A stretch of 64,000 bases of DNA from NCBI GenBank assembly GCA_902761275.1, contig CACWJS010000001.1, positions 11,477 to 75,476 on the forward strand, written 5' to 3'. Made by a program: the position numbers and the translations under genes. Positions 9,201 through 18,308 of the stretch are shown here, piece by piece. The stretch's first letter is position 1. Every line of letters begins with the position of its first letter. The stretch comes from an uncultured bacterium. GTDB lineage: Bacteria > Verrucomicrobiota > Kiritimatiellia > RFP12 > UBA1067. The notes under the pieces are model-generated. The model saw only the letters and a list, made by a program, of their open reading frames with translations. It did not search any database and was not told the DNA's origin.

Positions 9201-9507
9201 GCATATCAGCCCCCGCCCTACTCGAAAGGAACGCGACCTTTTTCCCGTCGGGCGACAGGACCGGCGACCTGTCGGTGCCAATTCCGTCACCAAGCGGAAT
9301 CGCCGCACCGCCGGAAGTCGACGCGCGCCAGACGCGCCCACACCACGCGAACACGAAAAACGAACCATCGGGCGAGACAGACGGCGACTCGGCAAGATAT
9401 ATCTCTGACCAATCGCGGACTGCGGGAGACTGTTCCTGTGCTGGGATTTGCGCCACGGACGTTGCGGCGACGGAGATTGCGGATAGGAGGATTGCTGTTG
9501 TTTTCAT
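6220..9507 (-). CDS. Tricorn-like protease (beta-propeller + PDZ + S41 C-terminal-processing peptidase), secreted
   Basis: True start MKTTAILLSAISVAATSVAQ (signal peptide) at 9507; TolB/WD40-like repeats (SPDGKKVAF, SPDGRKVLF, APDGKSFYY); PDZ (GDIVLSVDGKEV); S41 signature (GVIIDVRFNTGGH, ANERSQSNAEEF). Confidence 0.8.
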   Translation of the reverse strand: MKTTAILLSAISVAATSVAQIPAQEQSPAVRDWSEIYLAESPSVSPDGSFFVFAWCGRVWRASTSGGAAIPLGDGIGTDRSPVLSPDGKKVAFLSSRAGADMPFELSLAPDGLSAGGLRQLSFHTQGCVPCAYSSDGSSLLITASRDNSSESVTSVRNSRRAILVPLAVRGAEVTLFDAPACSPSLSPDGRKVLFVDKCEGGIRDLRKRRPGSSSSFAGEIWLYDRDSGKFSAMVTGRDGAYDPIWAPDGKSFYYLSGAGGIRNVHRRDLKSGDDRVITAFSDDHVRTPSLSHDGRTMVFCKGLDFWRLDPTAKKPVATRIAVRPAGFDPASPRTVCHRYSNADNNYGLGNYAFLPDGKGVAFTAGGDVWAMELSDEEKNRRPVLIHGSSRTHERDCAFSPDGETLYYLSDHGDGADVWRARRADPSLAWWKNVSFVRERIVSGDVCRRTLSVSPDGGSLAWADLAGHLSFADTNGVVRHVAPLQSSDCYSYVWSPDGRYVAATLRDGYGNCDVWIIPTWAKGEDGTPTPAPYNVSRNYDWDGDPTWSSDGRVLAFSGKRAASGRDPRIFYVYLDPEDEAYEKAERGIREGSYRIVFDGLFERVRKLDMRGEDPLFAPDGRTLGWNWNGKTWKAKITDDKDKEMFGKSVLLRSWTKTGDDTNAEETILGILDGLPARGDKSFGFTVYQTIDVADWQELAFLIAWADMRDGFCDPATHGTDWQAVREKYRLAARNAPAWSVFARIMEMMYGEVDGSHFGFWANNATRARWIPAASASDWKPITAHLGARFDPDWKGEGWRVKDIIRDSPADRGKEGLLAGDIVLSVDGKEVFPGMDYAEAMTVPLPHRFTLSVKREGETNSLVREVEGIHFLTARRLLRAAEVIETRRSVREKGNFGYLAIDAMRDDAADAFTDAVFAECFGKDGVIIDVRFNTGGHTADRLIDILCGRRHVRTLYRGVEEEGYIISRFGRPVITSLPVVVLANERSQSNAEEFTHAMKTLGRAKVVGTETAGDVIGTFDLNLLDYGVMRRPRIGFFRPDGTDMECHGAKPDIEVETTPADIAAGRDPQLEAAVDALAKEAAARKAAPPPPLKFAE

Positions 9508-10811
9508 TATAGCGGTTTCAGGTAGAATGCGTCGTGCGTTATTGCGAAAGCCCAGTCTGCGGGCATGCGTTTGAGTTCGTGTCCGGCTCCCCATGAGTCG
9601 GTGTATAGAATTTCCTTTAGCTCGGTCTTTTTCGTCTTCGGGTCCTTGCCCTCGACATAGCCGATTATTAGCCGTATGTGCCCGCCAGCGACCTGCGGGA
9701 GACCAGGCTCCGGGAACATGCCGAGCGTGACGCCCCAGAAGACGGGAACCCCCTGGTCGACCTGCGCCTTTACGCCAGTCATGAACTTCTTGTAGCGAAA
9801 GTCCTTCATCCTCATCTTCTTCACGACCTTCGGCTTCATCGCCGCAAGTATCTCGCCGACGTTGACAGAATTGCCGCGCATGAAACTGTTGATGGATATC
9901 TCGCTCTCGCCCTCTGATTTCGCCGCCTTGTTGTACTGCTCGATGTCCTTCTCCAAGTCCTCGAAGGAGCTGGTCATCGTCACGATGTCCTGGTAGCCAA
10001 GCCGACACTTCGAGCCGACCGCCTTTACCGCCTCCTTCATGTCCGAGATGGAAGTGCCGCCGCGCGCCGTAGTGCCTGCGGCCTGGGCGATCTCGTGCTC
10101 GTCTATGGTGAAGCCATAGTACCTGAGGACGCGCTCGCTCGTTGCCGCCGCACAGTAGCCCTTCCGCCCCTGGTCGACCATCGGCACGCCGTCTATCCAG
10201 ACGTCGCCGTCGGAATTCTTCTTAACGTGTGCCTTGGTCTTTGTCTTCGAGACGATCCCGCCCGACTTCGCGGACGCCTTTACCTTCGCGCCGCCCTTTG
10301 GGTGCATCGTGACGCGAACGTAGTCTGCGGTCAAATCCTTCTCCTTCACGCCGTCCACTCCCCAGACGAGGTCAATGTCGCAGTCGCCCTTGTTCCACTT
10401 CTTCGAATACTGGTAACCGCCCGTCTTTAGCTTCTTCTTCTCGGGGTTCGCCCCGATCTTCCCGCCCGGCTGCGCCTTCGCGGCAATAGCGTTAAGGAGT
10501 TTTTTGAGTCCTTCCGAATCGAGGCCGACAGAACCCCTGTCGTCGCCACGGTTATAGAGCGACATCTCGACACGTGTCGCACCGTCGGCACCATAGTATA
10601 TCCTCGCCTCCCACACTTCAAGCCCATGCCAAGTGCAGGCACCTCGCTTCATGCAGTTCACGATGTCGCGCTTCTGGCTTGCGAAGCCGAAGCCGTCCTT
10701 CTGGTGGTCTACCGCGAAATCGACGGCAGACTCCTCCCAGGCGTCGGGTTTGGCGAAATGCGTACCAAGATCACACGCTGAAAGCATCAATGGAAGTATC
10801 AGCGCGAGCAT
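9507..10811 (-). CDS. Lipoprotein with C39-like (papain-fold) cysteine peptidase domain
   Basis: Lipobox LMLSAC; catalytic Cys context QGRKGYCAAATSERVLRYYG ... GTS and His GGHIRLIIGY typical of Peptidase_C39_2; stop overlaps tricorn start (TAATG). Confidence 0.65.
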   Translation of the reverse strand: MLALILPLMLSACDLGTHFAKPDAWEESAVDFAVDHQKDGFGFASQKRDIVNCMKRGACTWHGLEVWEARIYYGADGATRVEMSLYNRGDDRGSVGLDSEGLKKLLNAIAAKAQPGGKIGANPEKKKLKTGGYQYSKKWNKGDCDIDLVWGVDGVKEKDLTADYVRVTMHPKGGAKVKASAKSGGIVSKTKTKAHVKKNSDGDVWIDGVPMVDQGRKGYCAAATSERVLRYYGFTIDEHEIAQAAGTTARGGTSISDMKEAVKAVGSKCRLGYQDIVTMTSSFEDLEKDIEQYNKAAKSEGESEISINSFMRGNSVNVGEILAAMKPKVVKKMRMKDFRYKKFMTGVKAQVDQGVPVFWGVTLGMFPEPGLPQVAGGHIRLIIGYVEGKDPKTKKTELKEILYTDSWGAGHELKRMPADWAFAITHDAFYLKPL

Positions 10812-12340
10812 GGCGTGAAGTCTACCCTCCGCTGGCGAAAGTCAACCTTGGCAACATGCACCTTGAGGCGCGAGCCTGCCCTCCAGCTGCCGCCGCCCGG
10901 CGCAGAAAGCGACTGGTCGTGTTCGTTGTACTTGACGAACCGCCGCGACAGAAGACTTACGTGGACAAGCCCAGAAACGGCGAGCTCCGGGATTTCGACG
11001 AAGCATCCGAACGGCGTGCACTTCGAAACGACCGCGTCGTAGTCGAGCACCTGGCGCGTCTTGAGCTGGTCTTCCAAAAGCCGGTATTTCTTTATTTCGA
11101 GAAGCCCGCGTTCTGCCTCGGCCGCGATCTCTTCGCGCTCGGACGTGTGCTTCGCCCAAGTGGCGAGAAGCTTCGGCGGACGCTTGGCGGAACCGCCCGA
11201 GAGATAGTCGGCAAGTTGGCGGTGGAGCGTCAGGTCGGGATAGCGGCGTATCGGCGAGGTGAAGTGCGCGTAGTAGCGCTTCGCAAGCCCGAAGTGGCCG
11301 ATTGCCGACGCGTCGTAGACCGCGCGCTTCATCGAGCGAAGGACCATCATCGCAAGCGTAGGATAGAGGGGATTGCGCTTGATAGTCTGGAGCAACTGCG
11401 CGAAGACATGGGGGTTCGAGATATTCCCCGCCTTTATGCCGAGACCCTTCAGCTCGGCGCGGAGCATGTCGATCTTCTCGTCGTCCGGCGGCTCGTGGAG
11501 TCGGGCGAGGATCTTGATGCCCTTCGTCCATAGCTCCTTCGCGACAGCTTCGTTCGCAGCGACCATGCACTCCTCGATCATCTGGTGCGACTCGTCGTAG
11601 GGGCGCGTGACGAGACCCGTCATCTCCCCGTTCGAGTCGAGGATAACCTCGGCCTCGGGGATTTCGATGTCAAGCGCACCCGCCGCAAACCGCTTTGCGC
11701 GTATCTGCTGGGCGAGCGTGGAAATCGCGCGTATCGTCTTCGCCTCGCGCGAGGCGATCCTCGCGTCGGATTTGCCGCGGATGACGGCCATCACCTGCTC
11801 GTAGGTGAACCGCGCCTTCGAGCGGATGACAGACTTCGAGAACGAACGCTTGACGACCTCGCCATTCTTGTCAAACGTGAGAAAAACGGAAAAGGCGAGA
11901 CGGTCTTCGTCGGGAACGAGCGAGCAGACGCCGTTGCAGAGTTCCTCGGGGAGCATCGGCACGACCCTGTCGCAGAGATATACGCTCGTGGAACGACGAT
12001 ACGCCTCGCGGTCGATCGCGCTCCCCGGCTTAACGTAGTGCGAGACGTCCGCGATGTGAACACCGAGCACGCGGTTGCCCTTGCGGTCGGTCTCGAGGGA
12101 AAGCGCGTCGTCGTAGTCGCGCGCCGACTGCGGGTCGCAGGTGAAGATGAACTTGCGCCTCAAGTCGAGCCGCCCGGAGCGCTTTATCTCTGCATCGGAA
12201 ATCGGTCGCGCCGAAATGCGCCTCGCCTCGGCGAGAACAGCCGGGGGAAACGCCTTTGGCAGCTTGTAGAACTTCATCACCGCCGCGGTGTCTTCCTTCG
12301 GCGTCTTGCCAGGCGGCGGAAACAATATATCATCACTCAT
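10799..12340 (-). CDS. rnr: RNase II/R-family 3'-5' exoribonuclease (RNB + S1 domains)
   Basis: RNB catalytic region (ARLHEPPD, HFGLAKRYYAHFTSPIRRYPDLTLHRQL) and C-terminal S1-like domain; ATG at 12340 (six-frame track starts at an upstream GTG 12343); TGGTATACT -10 immediately upstream. Confidence 0.8.
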   Translation of the reverse strand: MSDDILFPPPGKTPKEDTAAVMKFYKLPKAFPPAVLAEARRISARPISDAEIKRSGRLDLRRKFIFTCDPQSARDYDDALSLETDRKGNRVLGVHIADVSHYVKPGSAIDREAYRRSTSVYLCDRVVPMLPEELCNGVCSLVPDEDRLAFSVFLTFDKNGEVVKRSFSKSVIRSKARFTYEQVMAVIRGKSDARIASREAKTIRAISTLAQQIRAKRFAAGALDIEIPEAEVILDSNGEMTGLVTRPYDESHQMIEECMVAANEAVAKELWTKGIKILARLHEPPDDEKIDMLRAELKGLGIKAGNISNPHVFAQLLQTIKRNPLYPTLAMMVLRSMKRAVYDASAIGHFGLAKRYYAHFTSPIRRYPDLTLHRQLADYLSGGSAKRPPKLLATWAKHTSEREEIAAEAERGLLEIKKYRLLEDQLKTRQVLDYDAVVSKCTPFGCFVEIPELAVSGLVHVSLLSRRFVKYNEHDQSLSAPGGGSWRAGSRLKVHVAKVDFRQRRVDFTPCSR

Positions 12341-12379
12341 CACGACAGATAGTATACCAAAAAACAGGGGCGTCCATTT

Positions 12380-14578
12380 TCAGGGCACGAGGGTGATGCC
12401 GCACTCGAGGCGCTTCCCCTCGTCGCGATTCAACACCTCTACATAGTACGGGGCGTGACCACCCCTGCAGAAGAGTCCGTGCACCGCCGCGACGCCCTCG
12501 GTCTCGATCACGCCCTTCACGAGCGAGACCATCGCCTCAGTTATCCTGAGACCGGGAACGAAAACGGGGATCCCCGGCGGATATGGCACAAGGAACTGCG
12601 AGGCAATGCGGCCGACGGACGACTCGAGCGTCACGAACTCGCCGTCGCAGAGAGCCGCATCCCTGGGCAGGACGACTGGCTGTCCCGCTACAGCGCCGCC
12701 AACGCCGCCATCGTCGAGAACTTGCGTGGGGCACCCGATAAGTTCGCGGTTGAGGCGGCAGACTCGGAAGAGGTCTTCGAAATGCTCCTCGGCCGTCCCG
12801 ACTGTCACGAGGAAGAGAATCGTCGTCGAAGTCGCCTTCTCCCACTGGATGTGAGACTTTAGAAGCGCCTTGCGAAAAGCCGCGCACGCAGCGGGGCTCC
12901 GGAGCATCAGGACAATCTTGAGCGGATCCTTGAGGAACCCTGCGCCGCTCCAATCCTGGTCGCCGCCTGCGATGTCCGTAAGGTCAGCGAAACATTCCTC
13001 CTCGGGAAGACCGCACTCGGCGGCGACGCGCGCACGGAATTCCGCCGCCCACTTCAGGCGCTCGTCGATTAGCTTCATCCCCTCGAGGCGCATCTGCACA
13101 CCCGCCACGTCAAGGGTCGCGAGGAACGGATAGTGCGGCGACGTCGAGTGCCAGTAGCGGAGGAACTCGTGCAGGTCGTGGGTGAACTTCTCGAAAGAGC
13201 CATGGCCGTTCAGCGCGAAGCGCCGTCTAAGCCAGCGGAACTGCGGTGACGCGTCCTCTTCAAGCAGTTGCTTGAAGCGCGTCGAGACGTGAATCATTGA
13301 CGCCTGGGAAAAAGACGCCATCGTCTTGTGGGTCGACTGCACGGCAAAGTGCGCGCCCGCCCGCTCGTTGACCGCGTTGTAGCGCATCGCGAGGCCGGTG
13401 ACAGGGTCGGTGTGCGTGTAGAACGGATGGAAGCCCATATACGCGGCCCAGGCTTCGTCCGCGTAGAAAAGCACGCCAGCCCTTTCGCAGAGCCGCGCGA
13501 CCTCCCAGACTGGATACAGGACCCCCTCGTAGGTGCACGTGGTAAGTATCAGCAACCGCGGCCGAGAAGAAATGGGGCTCGACGCATCCGGTACGCGACG
13601 CTCTGGCATTGTCGCCGTCTTCGCAAGCTCGGCCTCTATGTCCGCGAGCGACACGGGGCCCCACACGCCGAGGCGCGCGTTCCAGCGCGACGGCAAGTAG
13701 TGCGGCACGGCGCCCGAGGTGACGATCGCGTGATGAACCGACTTGTGGCAGTTGCGGTCGACAAGCACTACCTCCCCCGGCTTTAGAAGCGTCATCAGCA
13801 TCGCCTTGTTGGAGGTCGAAGTGCCATTCGTCACATACCGGCTAAGCGCGCTCCCGAAGATTTCGGAAGACATCTTCTGCGCCTCGGAAAGCGGCGTCTG
13901 CACCTCCGGGCTCGAAAGATCGCCAAGAGACTCGACAGACACCGAAAGGTCGGACCTGAAGATCATCGAGCCGAACGCCTCGTGGAGGCCGCGCAGGAAC
14001 GGCGAGGCCGAGAAGGCGTTGCCTCCGTTGTGCCCTGGGGTGTGCCAGTTGGTGCCCGCCTTGACCTGCACGTACTGGCGCATCGCGCTCCAGAAGCGCG
14101 GCAGCCAGAACGACTTGAAGAGATGTACGATCCGCTCGTGGTGGACGGCAGGGTTTGCAAGCACCTCCGCACCCTTCTTCGACCATCGCCTTTGCGGAAC
14201 GACCACGGGAGCGTTTCCAGGATAAGTCACCACGACCTTTGGGATCGCAGGAAGATATGTCTTCAGCCAATCCTTAAGCAAGACGCCGCGGACGGACCCG
14301 GAATACAAGGCGTCGTCGACCATGAACAGGCAGATGTCGTCGCCGCCTTCAGTCATTCCCCTCGACGGATCGCCGTCGATGAACAGCGCGTCTGGAAGCG
14401 CATCGGCAGACGAAACCGTCGTAAGCTTGAGCGGCGGATACTCGAGGGGCATGCGGACGTTGAACGCCTCGGCGCAGAAGTCACGGAACGCATCGGACAT
14501 CCCGTGTTCTACAACGGGAAGATGCCTCGCGTCGTCTTCGCGCGAAGCATGCAGCCATATTACAGTTAGCGACCTCAT
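12380..14578 (-). CDS. Orn/Lys/Arg decarboxylase family (fold-type I PLP, with N-terminal wing domain)
   Basis: 732 aa; PLP-lysine motif AVQSTHKTMASFSQ; overall AdiA/CadA/SpeF-like length and layout. Confidence 0.8.
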   Translation of the reverse strand: MRSLTVIWLHASREDDARHLPVVEHGMSDAFRDFCAEAFNVRMPLEYPPLKLTTVSSADALPDALFIDGDPSRGMTEGGDDICLFMVDDALYSGSVRGVLLKDWLKTYLPAIPKVVVTYPGNAPVVVPQRRWSKKGAEVLANPAVHHERIVHLFKSFWLPRFWSAMRQYVQVKAGTNWHTPGHNGGNAFSASPFLRGLHEAFGSMIFRSDLSVSVESLGDLSSPEVQTPLSEAQKMSSEIFGSALSRYVTNGTSTSNKAMLMTLLKPGEVVLVDRNCHKSVHHAIVTSGAVPHYLPSRWNARLGVWGPVSLADIEAELAKTATMPERRVPDASSPISSRPRLLILTTCTYEGVLYPVWEVARLCERAGVLFYADEAWAAYMGFHPFYTHTDPVTGLAMRYNAVNERAGAHFAVQSTHKTMASFSQASMIHVSTRFKQLLEEDASPQFRWLRRRFALNGHGSFEKFTHDLHEFLRYWHSTSPHYPFLATLDVAGVQMRLEGMKLIDERLKWAAEFRARVAAECGLPEEECFADLTDIAGGDQDWSGAGFLKDPLKIVLMLRSPAACAAFRKALLKSHIQWEKATSTTILFLVTVGTAEEHFEDLFRVCRLNRELIGCPTQVLDDGGVGGAVAGQPVVLPRDAALCDGEFVTLESSVGRIASQFLVPYPPGIPVFVPGLRITEAMVSLVKGVIETEGVAAVHGLFCRGGHAPYYVEVLNRDEGKRLECGITLVP

Positions 14579-14583
14579 GTGGA

Positions 14584-15894
14584 TCAGCCGACGACGATTT
14601 CCTCAGACGGGAAGCGCACGTGCCGCTTCGACTCGCGGTCGCCGATCATCAAGACGACGGTAAGCGCACCGAGACGACCGATGAACATCGCCACCATTAT
14701 CACAAATCGGCCTGGAGTGGAGAGCGATGCCGTGGTATCGCCTACCGCAAGCCCCGTCGTGGTGACGGCCGAGACTGCCTCAAAGAAGAGCGCGTCGGAC
14801 GAGATGCCGGAATTCGCCTCGGTGACGAAAAGCGCACCAGTCACGACAACGGCGAACATTACTATCGCCATCAGGATCACGAGGGCCTCGCGCACGATTT
14901 CGGTCGGGATCAACCTTCCGTCCATAACGGTCTCGGTCTCACCGCGGCACATCGCCGTCGCCGTGTAGATGATGACCGCAAGCGTCGTCACCTTCATGCC
15001 GGCCGCGGCGGAACCTGGCGCGCCGCCGATGAACATGAGGCACTCGTAGATGAGGCGCGTCAGCGGGTGGAGCGACTCAGTCGGAATCACGCAGAAGCCG
15101 CACGTCCTCGGCGTGACGGCCTGGTAGAAGCCGACAACCGCCTTGTCGGAGAGGCTCATGTCCTTCAGCGAGAGGTTCCACTCGACGGCGAGGAACGCGA
15201 TGAAAGTCAGGGCGAGCAGATAGAACGTGAACCGCAGGACGACGCGCGTGTGGAGCGAAAGGCGTCCGCGAGCGCCGGAAATGCGGTGGAGAAATTTGAA
15301 CGTGCAGAGGTTGTAGATGACAAGAAAGCCAATGCCACCGAGAATCGTCTCGATGCCCATCACTATGACGGGCCAGCTGCGCGGGAACTTCGCAAGAGAG
15401 TCGGACTCGAGGCCGAAGCCGGCGTTGCAGAAGCTCATTATCGAGTAGAACACCGCCTCGTACCAGTTGCCGAAATGCGGATAGAGCGCCAGCGTGAAGA
15501 CACCCTCTATTACGAGCATCGAGCCGACGATCCAGCAGATGAGCCCCCTAAGCCCCTGGATCTGCCTGACCCCGTAGGCGTTCATAAGCGAGAACTCGCT
15601 CACGAGCGAGATGCGCCGCCCTATCGCGACGAGAAAGAAAGTGCCGCACGTCATGAGCCCAAGACACCCAAGCTCGACGAGCACCATCAAAACCACCTGG
15701 CCTGTCGTGGAGAACTCGCGCCCGATGTCGACGACCGTGAGCCCAGTCACGCACACGGCCGAAAACGCCGTAAATAGGGACGTGACGAAGTCGCCGCGCA
15801 TGTTGTCTGCGCGGCAACATGGAAGCGCGAGGACGATTGCACCGACCGCGATCAGCGCAAGAAAGCCGAGCGCGAAGGAAATGCGGCTTTTCAT
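14584..15894 (-). CDS. trkH: TrkH/KtrB-family K+ uptake transporter membrane subunit
   Basis: 436 aa polytopic; repeated pore-loop GxG-like segments (TGLTVVD, NAGFGL, TTTGLAVGD). Confidence 0.8.
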   Translation of the reverse strand: MKSRISFALGFLALIAVGAIVLALPCCRADNMRGDFVTSLFTAFSAVCVTGLTVVDIGREFSTTGQVVLMVLVELGCLGLMTCGTFFLVAIGRRISLVSEFSLMNAYGVRQIQGLRGLICWIVGSMLVIEGVFTLALYPHFGNWYEAVFYSIMSFCNAGFGLESDSLAKFPRSWPVIVMGIETILGGIGFLVIYNLCTFKFLHRISGARGRLSLHTRVVLRFTFYLLALTFIAFLAVEWNLSLKDMSLSDKAVVGFYQAVTPRTCGFCVIPTESLHPLTRLIYECLMFIGGAPGSAAAGMKVTTLAVIIYTATAMCRGETETVMDGRLIPTEIVREALVILMAIVMFAVVVTGALFVTEANSGISSDALFFEAVSAVTTTGLAVGDTTASLSTPGRFVIMVAMFIGRLGALTVVLMIGDRESKRHVRFPSEEIVVG

Positions 15895-16649
15895 TTTCCG
15901 AAAGTACCCTTCTCCTTAAGCCACACCATCCAGACGGACAGCTCGTAGAGGAGGCAGAGAGGAACGGCCATGAAGATCTGGCTCATCGGATCGGGCGGCG
16001 TAAGGAACATCGAGAGGACGAACGACATCACAATCGCAATGCGGCGCTTTTCCCTGAGCCCCTTCGAGGTGACGACTCCAAACCACCCGAGGACGAAGAT
16101 AATGAGCGGCAGCTGGAAGACGAGACCGAAGGCGATGATCGTCTTGAGGACGATGGAGATGTAGCCCTCGAGCCGGATGATCGTCGAAGGGATTCCGCAC
16201 CATTCGTTGATCGCCCTGAACGCCCTCACGACCATCGGCAGCGTCTTCGCGTACGCGACGCCAAGGCCGACGAGGAAGAAACCGCTTCCCGCGACGAGTA
16301 TCGACATCAAGACGACCTTCTCGCGGTTTGTGAGCGCCGGGAAGATAAAGCGGAGGATCGCGTACATTATGAACGGAAACGCAAGCGCCGTGCCGCCCCA
16401 GCCAGCGATGGAGATTATCGTTGAGACGCCGGTAGTAAGGTCTAGACCCTGTAGGAGTTCCTCGCTCTCGCCAGCAGGACTCTTTAGCCATTCAAGTATC
16501 CACGGCGTGCAACACCCAGCGATGACGGCGCAAATCGCCCAGGCGACCGCGCCGAAAACGAGCATGTCGCGCAGGGCAAGCAGGTGCTCGAGGAGCGGAC
16601 GCGGCGGGTCGTTCCTGGCGTCTGGGTCTTTTAGCAGAGCGATTGCCAT
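15891..16649 (-). CDS. tatC: Twin-arginine translocase subunit TatC
   Basis: 252 aa, 6 TM; TatC-like LEHLLALRDMLVFGAV, GFFLVGLGVAY, FLTPPDPMSQ. Confidence 0.9.
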   Translation of the reverse strand: MAIALLKDPDARNDPPRPLLEHLLALRDMLVFGAVAWAICAVIAGCCTPWILEWLKSPAGESEELLQGLDLTTGVSTIISIAGWGGTALAFPFIMYAILRFIFPALTNREKVVLMSILVAGSGFFLVGLGVAYAKTLPMVVRAFRAINEWCGIPSTIIRLEGYISIVLKTIIAFGLVFQLPLIIFVLGWFGVVTSKGLREKRRIAIVMSFVLSMFLTPPDPMSQIFMAVPLCLLYELSVWMVWLKEKGTFGK

Positions 16650-16996
16650 TACGCGCCCTCCACTGGCGGCATGCCCGTAGCAGGCGGCTCGACAGGCACA
16701 GTACCGCCTGTATCGTCACTTGCGGTCGCGGGCTCAGCGTTCGCGGAACCTACGGTGAATGCGTCCTCCGGCTGCTTCTCGACTTCCTGCACGGCCTTGG
16801 TGAACTCGGTGTCCATGTCGAGGAGCTGGCGCTTGAAGTTCTCGGCGGCGCGACGGAACTTTGAATAGTACTGGCCGACCGTGCGGGCCGCCGAAGGGAG
16901 CCGCTTGGGGCCGACAACAACAAGAATGACGGCGAGCAGCACAAACCACTCGCCGAAGCCGATGCTGTCGAAAATGACCGCCAGCGTCATCTGCAA
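16649..16996 (-). CDS. tatA: Twin-arginine translocase TatA/B-family protein
   Basis: N-terminal TM plus amphipathic helix (IGFGEWFVLLAVILVVVGPKRLP), acidic tail; 1-nt overlap with tatC. Confidence 0.8.
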   Translation of the reverse strand: MQMTLAVIFDSIGFGEWFVLLAVILVVVGPKRLPSAARTVGQYYSKFRRAAENFKRQLLDMDTEFTKAVQEVEKQPEDAFTVGSANAEPATASDDTGGTVPVEPPATGMPPVEGA

Positions 16997-17000
16997 AAAA

Positions 17001-17564
17001 TCACGGCTGGTAGATTACGAACTCGCCGCGGCGGTTCTTCGCCCACGCGGACTCGTCGCTGCCGACAACCGCCGGCTTCTCCTCGCCGAAGCTGCGCGTC
17101 TGAATGCGGGAAGCATCGACACCGCTCTGGACAAGATAGTTGCGGATGATGCTTGCGCGGTTCTCGCCGAGCGCCATGTTGTACTCGTTCGAGCCGCGCT
17201 CGTCGCAGTTGCCCTCGACGACGACCACGCGGTCGGCGTGCGAGCCGAGATGCTGCGCAACCTCGTCGATCTTGCCGATTTCGCCCTGAGGAACGACGGT
17301 CGAGTCAAAGCCGAAGTATACCGGCGCGAAGTCGACGTCGGTGCAGCGCGTGCAGTATTCCTCGAACGGACGCTCACCAACGCCGGTGCCGTCAATCAAG
17401 CCCTCCTGATTGTCCACGAGGGTGGAGATGTCGGAACCACCTGCGGCGCCAAGACCAGAACCGGAACCGTCTTTTGCGCCCGTGTTAGTCTTGTTGTATT
17501 TGCAGCCCGAGACCGCGAAGGAAAGGGCAACTGCGACAACTACCATCAACGTTGAAATTTTCAT
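17001..17564 (-). CDS. pal: OmpA-family peptidoglycan-associated lipoprotein (Pal-like)
   Basis: Lipobox AVSGC; OmpA C-like motif VVVEGNCDERGSNEYNMALGENRA. Confidence 0.8.
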   Translation of the reverse strand: MKISTLMVVVAVALSFAVSGCKYNKTNTGAKDGSGSGLGAAGGSDISTLVDNQEGLIDGTGVGERPFEEYCTRCTDVDFAPVYFGFDSTVVPQGEIGKIDEVAQHLGSHADRVVVVEGNCDERGSNEYNMALGENRASIIRNYLVQSGVDASRIQTRSFGEEKPAVVGSDESAWAKNRRGEFVIYQP

Positions 17565-17618
17565 CTTTTTCTCCTATGTGTGAAGTTGTGAATATGATAC
17601 CGAATTCTGCCGCGGAAA

Positions 17619-18308
17619 TCAAGTGGGAAACGAGACTTTCCACGGACCGCGGGATTGCCAGCACTCCCGGACGGCCTCAACGGATGGATCGACGTATATT
17701 GGCGTCGCCTGGTGGCGAAACCACGTGTCCTGGCGCTTCGCGAGCTGGCAGGTGCGCGTAAGGATCTTTGCACGGTCATCGCCCTCGCGGTAGCCGATTG
17801 CGAGAGAGGCCGTTCTCGACCAGACGGGATACATCTCCTTCAGCCGCCGTTTCTCGGCATCGAGCCCGGCCATGAACATCGCATCTAACCGCGCGGCGAT
17901 ACGCGCACGCACCACTGCACGGTCGATGCGGATCACCGGATACTCAGGCGGCGGCTTCTCCCAGCGCCGGTCAAGCCCGCGGAGAAGCGCGGAAAAATAG
18001 AGCCCCGTACCGCCGACGATCACTATCGGAACATCCTTTGGAACAGCCGCCGCCCATGCCGAAGCGGCCCTAAGCCACGCACCGGAAGAAAACTCCTCTG
18101 CTGGCGTCACGACGTCTACCCCACCCATGTGGAACTCCTCGCGCTCGGCAGCCGACGGCTTTGCGGTCCCAATGTCCATGCCGCGATATACGAGCATAGA
18201 GTCTGCACTCAGGATCCACGCGCCCATTTCACGCGCAAGCGCGGCCGCGATGTCGCTCTTGCCGCTCGCAGTCGGCCCGGCTAGGATGTACGCTTCCCGA
18301 ACGAGCAT
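17619..18308 (-). CDS. miaA: tRNA dimethylallyltransferase MiaA
   Basis: True start MLVREAYILAGPTASGKS at 18308 (P-loop), then ILSADSMLVYRGMDIGTAKP; six-frame ORF is 5'-extended into lspA. Confidence 0.8.
   Translation of the reverse strand: MLVREAYILAGPTASGKSDIAAALAREMGAWILSADSMLVYRGMDIGTAKPSAAEREEFHMGGVDVVTPAEEFSSGAWLRAASAWAAAVPKDVPIVIVGGTGLYFSALLRGLDRRWEKPPPEYPVIRIDRAVVRARIAARLDAMFMAGLDAEKRRLKEMYPVWSRTASLAIGYREGDDRAKILTRTCQLAKRQDTWFRHQATPIYVDPSVEAVRECWQSRGPWKVSFPT

Noticed and set aside
9507-10008. N-terminal 167-aa extension of the tricorn-like ORF in the six-frame track (and similar extensions for miaA, argH, folE, ymdB-like, ECF sigma and membrane paralog 1)
   Set aside because: The extensions are R-rich, out of character with the rest of the protein, and overlap the upstream gene. 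Internal ATG/GTG starts give proper signal peptides or conserved N-termini (e.g. MKTTAILLSAISVA, MLVREAYILAGPTASGKS, MKILMIGDVVG).
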